Notes: generated by a model from the letters alone, not told the origin. Counted from the whole stretch's first letter, positions 22,871 through 35,844 are shown. The stretch: DNA of 54,162 nucleotides, filler included, from Sphacelaria rigidula (GCA_964200075.2; 5 parts of 5 records of this genome joined end to end with filler, not necessarily neighbours in it), one strand, 5' to 3'. Numbers and translations are program-made.

Positions 22871-23348
22871 ACCCTCAAAAGCGGGTAGAGAACGGAGAAG
22901 CCATGAAATATTGTCAAGAAAACAATGTTTTCATTCGGCGCATCAATACCTACGGAGCTGCCAAGTTTGAGAGCGATCTAAGCTTTTCCACAACAGATTT
23001 AGGGGACACCGTCACGAGGCTCCCTGGGTCTTTCTCACGTATCATTGGTGGAAATTAGACGACAACACCCGACATCACCGGAACATCACGGTTTCGGGTA
23101 TAATTCAACCCCCGTGGTAACCGTTTTAAAATATGTTTTTTTCGTTAGATTCTCGGGCCGATGACGGTTACAACGACTTGAAGCATGTTGAGACTATTGG
23201 GTGAAAATTGGACTTGCAATTCGTAATTTCGATCTCCGGACAATCAGACAGGCGCTGATTGGTCGATATACCTTGTCGCCCTTAGCGCTACCACTATTGC
23301 CTTACACACAAATCCGGCTATGTCGCGCTCTTCAGCTGTCCATGGCGG

Positions 23349-26300
23349 TCAGTGTGATATCATGTATGCGACTATTGGGTAGGTATTGCGAAAGGCATTT
23401 ACTGATGACACAATTTTGGGTGATAAGCGTGAACCAGCCTGCAGCACACACGGATATGCTATGCAGTTCGTGACGTGCGAAGCGAGCCGTACGGGCGCAG
23501 CCCGTTGCTTGTCTTACAACAACGGAGAATAGTTACGTACTATGGTAAACATTCGATCAATGGCCAAGCATCGGTTGATGAGCGGATGCATTACCGGGCA
23601 GGGAGATAGCAGCACGACAAACTCAGGCTATATTGCACACAAGACGCGCACAAAATTGAAAATACTTGAAACATGACAAAAACAGAACGAAACAAATCGC
23701 ACCGAAACAGCGGACAAGGTCGATATTCACCTCTGGCAACCCTTCTTCCAGAAGCTGCGCCAGTGTCTTGCGCGGAGGGGCAGAAACCGGTACCGGCTCT
23801 CGAACCTGGCTATTCAACCATTCCTCAATTCCAACGGCATGCTGTTCCCCCTCCCCTTCCTCTTCTTCCTCGATACCCTCATCATCATCGTCCTGCGTTT
23901 CGGTATCTTCCTCTGTACTCTCCACATCTTCCGACGACGACGACGACGACGACGACGACTGAGTGAGGGTCCGCGAATTTTCCTCCGCACCATCTGAAGC
24001 TTCCGACGACTGAGAATCGCTGTACGAAGTCTTGTCCGGTTCTGGCTGCCGGAAAACCTTGGAGTCTTGTGTCGATCCCGCAGTGGGAGCAAGTGTCCCT
24101 CTCCTATTGGTCGCCCTGGTCCTCGAAGTAGCGGCAGGAGCAGCAGCGGCGGCCGCGCTAGCGGCGTTACCGTCCTCTTTTGATGATGACATTGGTTGTC
24201 TTTTGACGGCGAAAGAAGAATCTGGCTTCTTGTCGTTGACCTTTTGGAAAGAACTGCCAGAACGTCGCCGCTGCGGGGATGTCGTTGTCGGCGGGCGTTG
24301 CTTCCGCTCAGTGTTCCCCGCCGATGAACGTGCACCGATTTCTTTCTCGGAAGTATCCTCTGAAATCTCTTCAGAACCTTCGCCAGAAGTTTCCTTTGGA
24401 CTCTCTTCAGAACTTTTTCCGGAAGTTTCCTCTGGAGTCTCTTCAGAACTGTCTCCGGAAGTTTTTTCTGGAGTCTCTTCAGAACTGTCTCCGGAAGTTT
24501 CCTCTGGAGTCTCTTCAGAACTTTTTCCGGAAGTTTTCTCTGGAGTCTCTTCAGAACTGTCTCCGGAAGTTTCCTCTGAACTCTCTTCAGAACCTTCTCC
24601 GGAGGTTTCCTCTGGACTCTCTTCAGAACCTTCTCCGGACGTTTTCTCTGGACTCTCTTCAGAACCTTCTCCGGAATTTTCCTCTGGACTTTCTTCAGAA
24701 ATTTCGTCGGAATTTTCTTCTGAACTTTCTTCAGATATTTCATCGGAACTTTCCCCAGAATCTTCTTCCGGGCTTGCTCCAGCACGTGCTTCAGGAGATT
24801 GTTCTTGAATCACAGCTGAATCATCATCGCCATCACCATCGTCGCCTGAAGAGGAGGACAACAAACCAGCGTCATCTTTAGAGAAAACACGTTCAGAACC
24901 TTGATCTCGAAGTCCAGGATCACTTTCCGACTCGTCAAAGAAAGACGACGACGATGGTTCGTCCATTTCGCCCCCCGCACGTAGCAAGGAAGATCCGGCC
25001 GTACGTCTTGCGGAAAAATCCGCATCGGATTTGTTGCCAGCAGATTTTTCACCCTCACCGTCCGATTCCTTGGAGTTTACGTGTTTCACGGTGTTTTCAA
25101 ACGCTCCATCAATTGGCGACGCTTTGCTCTTCTCGGGCGATCGACTCCCCTCCGACATACCGACTTCGTCGTGCGGGTCGCTCCAATCTGATGACTCTGC
25201 TTCGGGGGTATTTTCTTCCTTACTGTGCCCGTTTGTACTTTCTGATCTAACACGATAGTTATCAAAGCTGTCGGCTTCATCTCTGGATTCTGTTTCGAAG
25301 CTGGTTTGTGAATCGGTGTCTTCGGTTTCTTCGCCTTCTGTTGCCCACTCCTCCTTACCTCCACCTCGCGCTTGTTCGATGGGTGTCCCGGCTGTTACCG
25401 TTGCCAAGTTTCCGTTGTCTACGACACCATCCTCATCTTCAGCTGAATCGTATTGGTCAGAATGAGAGTCAAAACTGGAATCATCGTCATCATCGTCATC
25501 GATGTCATCAGCAGCATCATCGCCATCGTCATCGTCATCGCCGCCGTCCCTGTCATGGTCATCATCGCTCCCGTCACTACTGCCGTCGTCAGCACCGTCA
25601 TGGCTAGCATCATTAGTATCACTATCACGGTCATCATCATCAGCGGTAGCGTCGTTGTCGTCACCATCCTGATCGCTACCATTACCATCATCATCGTAAT
25701 CATCGTCGTCATGGGCATCATCAGTATCATCGTTGTCACCAATATCACCAACATCATTATCGTCGTTACTAACATCAGCAGCAGCAGCAGCAGCAGCACC
25801 ACCATCATCATCACTACCACCGCCATCCTTCTTATTGCTAACTCGATCGCTCCCTTCCTCGCTTGCCGCATCCGTACCCCCTCCTCCCCCACCCTTCTTC
25901 CCCTGAGCCCCTCCCTTGCCGTGCAAATCGCGATTATTCACACGCCTCTCCTCACCGAGGACAACACCAGTGCACCATTCACCCGCTCCGACTGTTTCCG
26001 TTTCCGCTTGAATTTTGCGCGCCGCGCCGTCTGTCTCACCATCACCTGCTCTAAAACTTTCCGTTTTTGCTCCACTTTCCCCCATAATACTACGACCACC
26101 ACGAACACGACCGCCGCCGCCGCTTCCTGACATTTCCATATGTTCTTGGCGTCTTCTTCCGATCACATCATGCGCACCACCATTTGCATCACCACTGCCA
26201 TCGTCACCTTGTCCGTCCTCCTCAGCGGGGTTTTGATATCCTTCATCCTCGCTGCTTCCATCATTTTCACTGCTTTCGTATCCGTCGCCCTCGTACTCAC

Positions 26301-29300
26301 TGCTCTCGTCGCCCATCTCATCTTCAGCTTCTTGCTGGTGATGCCGTAACTCGGCATCTGCATGCGTCAATGATGATAAGGGGGGTGGGGACAAATTTCA
26401 AATATGGCAGGCTCGTTCTCCCTAGGTCCTCGCACTTCATGTGGCACAGTAAAAGACACGTACGCTACATATCACCCTCCCTGGATAATAATTTCGGGTG
26501 ACATATTTTCGGCTAGTCTTGCCACCATGTCGGTCTATACGGGACTGTATGTCGGGATATGCTCTATCACCACCTCCCAGGCATCACCCGCAGGTGTTCA
26601 ATTGTGTCACATACGGTACTATCATGTAGCGCCATGTTGTCAGAAAGGCTTGGTCTTTTAATCATACCGGGGGTTATCGGAGACATCCCTAGCTGCGCAG
26701 ATTCCAGGGGTTGTTAGCGGAATGCGCATTGTGTACTTCAACTCTATCGGGAAAATATTCCACCTCTGCCGCTCGTCGGCGCTCCCTCTCGTGATCTCTC
26801 AACTCCACCGTTCCTTTCAAGGATTTGGATGTGACCCGGTTGTCTATAGTCGTCGCACTGGTCATTATCCAGCGGCCCTCTGTCACTAAAGATGTCGTCG
26901 AAGTCTAGGCGCCCCAGATCACTGAAGTCGCCCAAACTGGACAAGTCTTGAAGAGCCATGCGCGAGAGTTCATTGTCATCGAGCGTGCTAACCGAGCGTA
27001 GCAGAGCTTCCAGATCTGTGAAGATTAAACAAAATAAAACAAGACGAAAATAGTTGATATGGTATCCGACAGTGAGAGGTACATGTACTTGTGTACTGGG
27101 GGGGGTGCGTGTGTGTTCGCGGAAGCGGTGCCTTACCGTACCACGATGTTTCCTTGTCGTTCATCTCATGCTCAACCCTTTGACCGCCAGGACGGGTCAT
27201 CTGTTTGGTCGGCATGGTCTTAGCATGAAAAATAATGGCCTCAAAACCCAGATCAACGCTAGCGGTCAAACGGTTAGATGAAAATTCGCGACACACGATG
27301 CCCAAGCGTTTGCCTTTTATGCGCCCACTCTTCAGACGTGACTTTTGCAGTCGAGATTTGCTCTGTGACAAAATAAAAAAATAAAAACTGGTAAAGGAGA
27401 TCCAGCTTGTGTTATGATGAATTGCACAGGATTGCTTGTCTACCGTCCGTATATCGTTTGCAATCGAAGTGCAAGCTGGGCCAGCTTGAAAGCGGCTAAA
27501 CATTGTCCGCACTACTGCTTTCCCACTTTCTCGAATGAACCCGATGTAAGCATATCACTGTTGTGAAGTGCAGACCAACCTGGTAACACACGGCACCGCC
27601 GCTGAACGAAGAACAAATATTTACTGCATAATATATGACCTTAACGACGGACGAAAGAAAAAGAGAATCTGTAGGGATTCGAATTCATGACCTCAATAAT
27701 TGGAGTCTCCCGTATCACTTGAATTATAGGGGCGTAGCTATGTCACACAAAACGTTGCACGCACGGTCCAATTCGACGACTCTTGAGCTGAAATTTCACG
27801 AAGACCTTCTGCACCCGAGGAAACGATGCACTGCTGGAGCAGCTGCAGATTCTCGTATTTTTTCTGGACTTACGACGTTGTCTTATTTTGCTGAAATTTC
27901 AAATCCCCATATATATTTTTCTTCATTTTTTTCTTTGCTGCTCTCGAGATGTTCTGCATGTCGATCACAATAAGCTGATGTCAAAATTTTAGCGTCCGAC
28001 TCCTAATCTTATGTTGTGCGTCGCCTGAGTGAGAAAACTACCCTCTGTTGGATGGTCCAGCTCGTATGCAGAGGAATATACGCAGCGGTTGGCATTCTGC
28101 GCGTCAGGGTCCCCTTTTGACCCGAAAGTGCCGTGAGTATGTCTGGGGACAAAACTGTGCCAGCGCACCGGGATTTACCGGGGATATACTCGCCAAAGTG
28201 TCCTCTTGTGTTCAACCAAGACCTCCTTACAACAGTAATGTTCTTTTTTTGGCGTCTAGTACGTACCTGAAAAGACCATAACAGCTGTTTCTACTCGAAA
28301 CCGAAGGAGTCAATACTAGTGCGTTCCCCGTTTTTCTCGTTATAATCATCGCACATTTGAGGGGGAAACTTTTCTCCGTGCGTGACATAATTTGCCAGCA
28401 ACACAACAAACAGGAATATCTGGAAGGTGTCTCATGTCCGCTTGTACTTGACGACGGAGGACTCGCTGAATGACAGAAATACGACCAAGAATCGACAAAA
28501 CTTGTACTTGAAGGTTAAGGTTAAGTGGCGACTTCTGGTCATATTAGACCTTCTGGCTGATTTCTTTTAATCTTCATGTATTAATCATGAATCCACATGT
28601 GTTGAAACCATCGCCTGAATATCTGCCCAAACCACGAAGACCTAGGCCTGGATATGATGATGAGCGGTAAACATCAACAGCCACACAGTAGGCGAGCCAG
28701 ATAATGAGTAAAAGCAGGTGGACAATCTCTGCAGGTTACCTGGGTATTCTGTTTTCGTCGTCTCGGGACGGTTGCCGAATGATATCAAAGGAGTGAACAT
28801 ACATAAACCAAGTGCAGTACACACAATGTACCGCCTTCATGATGCCAAACACGGCGCCGGACGAATGAAAAGCAGGACAGTCGGGCATACCGGCTGCCGA
28901 GTGCCAGTGGGGAGGGTGGCAACGATGACCCCCGAACATTGTTATGTCGGCAGTCACCCCCGCACAACGCAAGCACCCACTCTCTCGGCCATCGAACGTA
29001 CTCACGGGGCCTTGATACGCCTTGCTAGTGGGTCCTGATTTCGAGCACCTACCTTACGGGGCTCTCCCTAACGCCGGCTGTGGCCCCGTCGAACCTATGG
29101 CCCTGTCCCCTTGACACGTGGAAGTTAACCAAGGAAGGGCAGAGACATGCTTCCTCAACGAGAGAAGCTCGCCTACATTTTCATTTTATAGCCCTACCGA
29201 TACCCACGGCAAGAATGAACCCGAAATCTTCATTGTTGGCGACATCTCAGGATCACAGAGGGTGCTTTCCTTCCGAAGAAAATCAGTTACAACGGTTCAA

Positions 29301-29677
29301 GATGTCGACACTAGGGAGTGGTATACACCGTATACGACATCTCCACACCGTTCACCTTCTGTATCATCACCGTTGCTTGAAGTACCTGCTCCAGCTCCAG
29401 CACCTTTCTGCCTTATCGCCGGTCTACCAGGAGTGATTACACCACCTCTAATTATTTTTATTGATCGCAGCAGCAAAACGCGGTGGTGTTGTGCGGGCAC
29501 AGTAGTAGTACGAAAGAGCCGGCGCCGATTGCCAGCTGCGCGCAGAGACGGCAAAAAGGGCGGAGCATGTTGTTGCTGTTGTCTGTAGGTTTCAGTCTTG
29601 ATGACTCGCGGATTAGAAGAAGCGGAAACACCATCGTATGTTATCAGTGCTATAGCTGTGCCCAGTGAAGGTCTCAT
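23349..29677 (-). CDS. multi-exon gene for an extremely acidic Asp/Glu/Ser-rich, probably secreted protein; minimal model complement(join(23349..23438,23731..26357,26764..27015,27297..27362,29356..29677)), ~1118 aa, extra small exons possible
   Basis: Phase-compatible GT-AG junctions. ATG in gcggccATG context starts MRPSLGTAIALITYDGVSAS...IIRGG. Includes a 2.6-kb open acidic exon. The terminal and small exons are tentative. Confidence 0.55.
23731..26357 (-). CDS. large acidic exon (poly-Asp region, SEE repeats)
   Basis: Inside ORF 23623..26394; acceptor gcatgcag|AT, donor GAG|gtgaat. Confidence 0.85.
24350..24760 (-). repeat. 36-bp coding tandem repeat (12 aa, SEE[ST]PE[EK]TSG[EDK][GS]), ~11 copies
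   Basis: ctcttcagaac..tctccggaagttt.ctctggag repeated at a 36-bp period. Confidence 0.92.
26764..27015 (-). CDS. internal exon of acidic-protein gene (LEALLRSVSTLDDNELSRMALQDLSSLGDFSDLG...)
   Basis: Strong acceptor ttgttttattttgtttaatcttcacag|, 252-nt symmetric phase-1 exon, donor AG|gtggaa. Confidence 0.7.
27650..27736 (-). mobile_element. degenerate tRNA-derived SINE head
   Basis: Minus strand CGCCCCTATAATTCAAGTG ... AATTCGAATCCC then a T-rich run; same layout as 152-228. Confidence 0.3.
29356..29677 (-). CDS. probable first coding exon of acidic-protein gene (signal-like N-terminus, IIRGG)
   Basis: Within ORF 29297..29722; upstream acceptor at ~29829; donor GAAG|gtgaac. Confidence 0.5.
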
Positions 29678-32460
29678 GGCCGCGCGTGCCCCGCGTAAGC
29701 ATCGGCGTTGTATGCAACGCAATACTTTGAAGCGATGTGTTCTTCCGTACTGAATGTACCGCGGATACTATCGTCATGCAGCAAACTTGGCGCTGAGGAC
29801 GCGAATTTGAATTTTACAGTTTTGGCACCTGCACAACAAGACTGAGACGACGGGAGCGTCCATCACATCATCGAAGCTACAGCTGCCCAGCTTGGAAGGG
29901 TTAAGTTGGTACCTTGGTTATCTTCGAGACAATACCGGAGGTGATATGTTCCTGCTGGTTTGTCTTGTGTGTATCGTAGCGATTCGCCGTCTCTGAGACG
30001 CAGTACAGAAATGGGCGACTTGTTTTCTGAACCTTGACCTGATGCTTGCTTTTCGAGGAAGCAACTGGGTTACAGGGGACCAAGAAACCAGGCAGGGTTA
30101 TAGGACAGCAGTGGTGCGGAGAGTACAGTATAGTCACAGCTCTGTGCAACGCAAACATGCCATCAACAAGAGAAAGCGTCCTCTAAGCGTCTCAGCTAGC
30201 AATTGCCAAAACATTACGGTCAGACGTTCGTTGTAACAGGCTACTCGCACGGTACGTCAGACGGGACAGGCAGTGCAGTTCAACGCAGCCGTTGCCAGTT
30301 TGTTATGCATGTTTACGAACGGACTCACCTGTGCGAGGGTAAAATGTCCTCGGCCGACACACTGTTGTCTGTACGTCTGTCTGTGACCCTCATTGGCATG
30401 TTTCTCTCTCCGAAACATCGCTGCACTTTAGCCGCACCGTTTTGGCGAGAAAAACTCAATCATCGCTGTGCTACACTCGATCAGGACTTGCTGTATGCAC
30501 CGCGGACATGCAAAACCCAGTTTTTCTTCTCTCTCACGAACACGAGCCAAGATTTGAAATCCTTGAAAAAATCTGTTCCCGCTGTTCGCACTGTTTCAAT
30601 GTTTTTCACGCGGACACATGTCATTTCGGAAGGCCGCTCGTGGGCACAAGGCAACAACATGGCCCGCTCGAATGAGGTGAGAACTAGCTTTGATACTGCC
30701 AAAAACTCTGCAGCGCATCGTGCGTGCGCGTTAGCTTCCTGCTCGGATGACGCTGTATATTCATTGAGCACGCTCGATGGCAGAAAGTATGTTTCGAGTT
30801 GAATTGCTTCTGATCACTTCTCCATTTACTTGCAGCCGACTACGCCGACTGTAGCTGCCGACCGAGAATTATCAGAAATTTGAATTTTGAAAATGGGCGT
30901 TGGACTTTGATAGAGGACGAGGGTTGTGCAGCGCAGACCAGCCTCAGTACACGCTGCCGTATAGGCGGCAATCTCCATCGAAAACATGTGCTCAGTGTTG
31001 CGTGTCCATGGCTCAACGGGAGTTAATATCCTCGGGAATTCATATGGTTGGGTGTACGTGCACTGCAGCTAGTACCCTCGAGCAAACATACCCTGCCTGC
31101 ACTTGTGCTCTGATTGATTGCTTATTGGTTGGTTGATCTGTTGGTTGATCGATTTGCCGGCTGGTTGTCGGACATGAACGGATCGGCTGCGTGCGAATCC
31201 AAAAGACGGACATACCGTTCGTACCCAGGATGAATGAACGCATACACTCTACTGAAAGAGGTCGTGGTAGAACTAGCACTCACTTTTCCTCGAGTATTTC
31301 TCGAGCCACTGGCGGCTCGTGACTGAACCCTCAGTGGAAATGCTCTCACAAAGGTGTGTGAAACGTACCGTGCTTTAGTATATACGCCCGCCTACCTGCC
31401 CTTGTTTTTAAACTACGCAATTCCCGCTCTTGACAACGGTAGTACTTCGAACTCGTGCCATTGTTGTGAGAACGTCGCGATTCAGATCGTCCTTACGTGA
31501 GCGTGTCAGCGGCATCATCGGTCATTTTCCAGACATATCATCACATATGGCGTTGCTGAAAATGTGGGACACTCTTGCATCTCGCCATCAGTACGATCCT
31601 ATCCGGAGGTGCATCGTTGTACCCGAGCTTGAATAGTACGGTGGAGGTAGGGTAGTACAGTATGTCACAGCAACACGTGAATATTTACCATTACAGGTGC
31701 AAAAGGGAAATACGGCTACGTTTCCTCATGTTATCATTATGTAGCCTCTCCCTTCTCCGTACGTTCTTTACGCTGTAGTGTGCCAATATCGCGTTGTATT
31801 TCGCCTCTAGTCCACGCGCATATACTCTCGACAAATTCGGATACCAACTGAAGAAAGGTCTGTTAATAGTCATAATTACCGCTTCCCTCGCTAAGTACAA
31901 AATGTCTTCAGATGAACATGTCTTAGGCGCGTGTGTGTTTGAACGCCTCAGGCGAAAAAGCCGGCTAAGCAGGCGCAGCGTGGCATGTCTGGGGGCATCT
32001 TGTGCTTCATCAAGAATTCCAGCAACGGACTGGTGGCGGCATCATCGGCCGACTCCACCGGCGGTAAGCAAAAGTATTGGTCCGGAACGATACTCGTTGT
32101 ACTGTAGATCACAAAGCGTATCAGCCCTCCGTCCTCCTTTGACAAGCGTTTCAGTCCCCGATGTAATCGAGAACGATAGTTTTTTATCGCCTCACGTCAA
32201 GTAATCCGCTGCGAACCCAGCCATGATCACAAGCTAGACCGCCTCAAGTCAAATACTTGATTCGGCGGAAACGCGCGCTGAGGGAACGTAAGCCGAGAAG
32301 ACGCATGAAAACAAAACAAGGTGAGAAGCATACAGAATGTACTTGTACCTCTAACAAACCCTGCATGCCCCCCCCCCCCCCCCCCCCCCCCCGCCCCGCA
32401 TTTCCCACCGCCCCCTTTTTGTTTCCCAACTCCCCCAGCCCCCCACCACCCTAGAGCCGC

Positions 32461-32560
32461 NNNNNNNNNNNNNNNNNNNNNNNNNNNNNNNNNNNNNNNN
32501 NNNNTTAATTAATTAANNNNNNNNNNNNNNNNNNNNNNNNNNNNNNNNNNNNNNNNNNNN
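32461..32560. other. artificial contig linker
   Basis: N44-TTAATTAATTAA-N44. Confidence 0.97.
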
Positions 32561-32562
32561 AT

Positions 32563-32887
32563 GATCGAGCTGTTGGATCTGCTGTACGGTCTGCTGGGAG
32601 CGGTTAGACTTCATATCGGGCTTGGATGTTCCAGTGCGGTTCCCCGACGTGTATTGCAGTATGAGGAAGGTGTTGAGGCTACCGCTCCCGCGGAGACATG
32701 ACGATGAGGCTTATCATTGGTTGATTGATATCAATCAACCAATGATAGCCTCATCGTCATGGAGCGGTAGCCTCAACACCTTACTTGTTGTGCAATACAC
32801 GTCGGGGAACTGCACTGGAACATCCAAGCCCGATATGGAGTCTAACCGCTCCCAGCAGACCGTACAGCCAATTCTACAGCTCGATCG
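32563..32887. repeat. ~325-bp loop-less near-perfect palindrome (foldback)
   Basis: Centre ...ttgattGATATCaatcaa... at 32727-32732. Arms are reverse complements apart from scattered substitutions and a 9-nt insertion (cgcggagac) in the left arm. Confidence 0.95.
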
Positions 32888-33521
32888 TACGATGTAAGCG
32901 CGTGTGTACAATACGCGTCGAGCGGATCCCTGCAGTACCATATTTTTATTACCAGAGCTCACAATCTCTCGTTGTACATGCGCTGTGCGTATTTTCGAGA
33001 CATCGGAGGCCACTTTCACACAAACAAATACGACGCAGTGCATTCTTTACGGGAAACAACGTTTTCGTGAGATTGAGAGTAGAGCGCTGATTGAGAGGGG
33101 TTTTGATCATTCGCTTTTTGCCAATTTTCCATTCCGTGTGTGCTTTCCCTTGCCTCCATCACTGGCGTGTGCTTGTGCAGTTACAGGTTGATAACTTACT
33201 CAGAGATATAAAGGGCGACAATGGCAAGCTAGTACAGAAATCATATCGGGCCTCGTGCAGGGGCATTTCGGAACTAAAGCGATTCATTCACTTTTCGACC
33301 GCTTTTCACCCTCAATCGTATCCTCTACTCTCAATCTCACGGAAGCATTGGTGGGACCGCTGTGATGACGTGAGGCCGCATTTACGCCAGCCAGAACCGA
33401 CAGGAAGAACATAATTGATTTGTCATTTATTTGTCCAGAAATCTTGTCTGGTCATTTTTCTCAGGACGTGTCTTATGGTGCAAAAAAATGAAAAATCTGG
33501 AGAAGCTCCTGCGTCGTTTTA

Positions 33522-34337
33522 CGTCCCAAGAGAGAGCTAGACGGATTTCGACACGTTGGAATGCCGTGCTGTACTCGTTGAGACGACGGCTTCAGCACAC
33601 ATCTGTGCGATTTCCTGGTAGCCGCGATTCCTTTTTTGCCCAAACATTCCTCGGAGACCGGTCAAGTCCAGAAAAAATCCGAAATTCGTATTGCCATGAT
33701 GAGGAGCTGTTGTTTGGCCTTCACGTTCGTTGCGATCCCTGCGCTGTAGAAGTTGGCCAAGAAAGAAATGAGTCATGCGTTTGGGCCAAAATAAAGTGAC
33801 ATACCTTTTTGTGCGGATGGGTGTACTCGCTTTTGTGTGTGTAAGGGGGGGGGGGGTACTCATTTGTTGCTCGCCTTAGTCGTGTGACCATTGACCACGC
33901 ATCCCTTTCGAGACGGAGCTCGCTTGTGTGGGGGGGGTGCGGAGGATGTTTGCCATGAAGCCGCTCCTCATGGCAATTCCAATAAACCTGCTGTTTTTGT
34001 CCTTCTTCATCGTTTTACGCCCTGTAAGAAAGCTAGGCGGAGCGTGACACCTTCGAAGGTCTTCGTCTACTCGTCGAGACGGTTCAAGGACATCTTCGCC
34101 TTTTCCGGTGGCGGCAGGACCGAAAAAATACCGTGGTCCAGAGACGATCAAGTCCAGAGAAGAATTGTAGTTTTTTTCTAGATTTGACCGTTCTCGGCTG
34201 TTTTTGGACAAAAATTCAACTTTGGCCACAAATAAAACTGCGGCCACCTGAAAATGCAAAGATGTCCTGGAACTGTCTCAAAGAGTAAAGCAAGTTATTT
34301 CAAGGTGTCAAACTCCGCCTAGCTCTCTTTGAGGGCG
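33522..34337. mobile_element. non-autonomous Tc1/mariner-type element with long imperfect TIRs and TA flanks
   Basis: TA|CGTCCCAAGAGAGAGCTAGACGGATTTCGACAC ... GTGTCAAACTCCGCCTAGCTCTCTTTGAGGGCG|TA; inverted similarity continues ~150 bp inward. Confidence 0.75.
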
Positions 34338-34408
34338 TAGAAGGGCGAAGAAGGGTAAAAAGACAGTTGTTACGTGAACTTTGTTTGTTTGCCTTAAGGA
34401 GCGGCCTG

Positions 34409-35362
34409 AGCGGCGACTGCGTTTATCCACGCAGCATCTCCGCTCTTCCTGTTTCTGTATACCCTTCCTGCCACCCACTTTCCCTCGTCCTGCTCGTCAT
34501 CAGAAGCGACCGCATTTATCCTCACAGCACCTCCACTATTCTTGTTTCTGCACTCTTTTCTTGCCATCCACAACGGCTTCGTCATGATGCAGGGCAGAAA
34601 TCACGAGCTTAGACTCCATCGTTGAAATTGTGATGGCACAAGAGGTCGTCGATGCCCAACGGGCAGGCATCAAGGTATCTGTTCGCGAAATTAATTCAAA
34701 GGCCCCTCTCTGATCACACATACACGTAAAGTACACCACTACGAACATCGCGCGCAATAGTGCAAGGCACTCGTACACAACAAGCTCGGTCATGGGAAGT
34801 GGCGCTGTACCCCAAACGCGCCGGTTACTGCGTGATGTCAATATAGATCCCACTTCTATTTTCCTTCTGCATTGTGTTCTGGAGAGTTTGTACATGCACA
34901 ATACTTCGCAAGACTGCCTACTACGTTCGCGACTTGGTCGCGTGTATCTATATGCAATTGTCGCACCCCGAGGTATCTCGGCTGCCTTCAGTGTGGTGCA
35001 AATAATGGCGGCGTCGACCGCACGTTGTCATTTACCGCGTGCGCATGCGGCAAAGATCAAGACTACTCAAGTTTTGACTTCACCCTTTCGCAAATTTCGT
35101 TGCAGGATGGCATCGCTCCTTCAAAGGAAGGGAAGACAGGGTCGGGTGTTTCTGGGCACAAGCCTCTGCTCCCAGATGCTGACAAACAGAAGGTATCGTA
35201 CTTCACGAATGCCGCTCGATGTTTCACGATACTACGGAAGGACGTAGCAGCCCGCGTAGAGTAATACAAATAGTCAGTCAACAACCAGTACACCACAGAT
35301 AGACTCCACCACAGAAAGTGGAGCTGTACCCGAAACGCGTCGTCGGTGGCACCTCAATTTCA

Positions 35363-35393
<31 letters not shown>

Positions 35394-35844
35394 ACTATTA
35401 CAGTTCTTCTGCATGTTCTGGAGAGCTTGCGTGCACAGTAGGTCGCAAGTCTCCTACGTTCGCGCCTTGGTCGCGGGTATTCATGTACTTGTCGCACCGC
35501 ACGAGAACTCGAGTGCCTTCAGTATCCGAGCTGGGCCAGCCTGCAAATGAACTTGATCTATCATAGCCGTGTCTCATTGCGGCAGAAGAATCAAGGGGTG
35601 GATGCCCATGTACTTCAAAGTTCGGTTGGATGACTTTTCGTTGAGTCAACGCCATGTCGCGTAACTCACGTGTCGTCCGGAGATACTTCGACGCAAAGTT
35701 TACTCGAAAGCCCGTCACATTATAATCAGTGGATGGCGCTGAGTTTTCGTGTGAAGATCCCGTGGGGCACGGGGATATGACCGATTCCTTCCTATTCACC
35801 TTGTTCGTTTCTCGGGAGAAGATATGGCGTTTCTTGTATTCCAT
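34409..35844 (-). pseudogene. decayed, internally duplicated coding-like relic (possibly transposase-derived)
   Basis: 93-bp-period duplication at 34409-34572, and a ~520-bp-offset duplication (34795-34970 vs 35315-35500) overlapping ORF 35398..35844. Confidence 0.3.

Noticed and set aside
23814..26130. Overlapping ORFs 23814..24785(-), 24032..24808(+), 24279..24881(+), 25419..25892(-), 25453..26130(+) as separate genes
   Set aside because: They are shadow frames of the low-complexity acidic exon.
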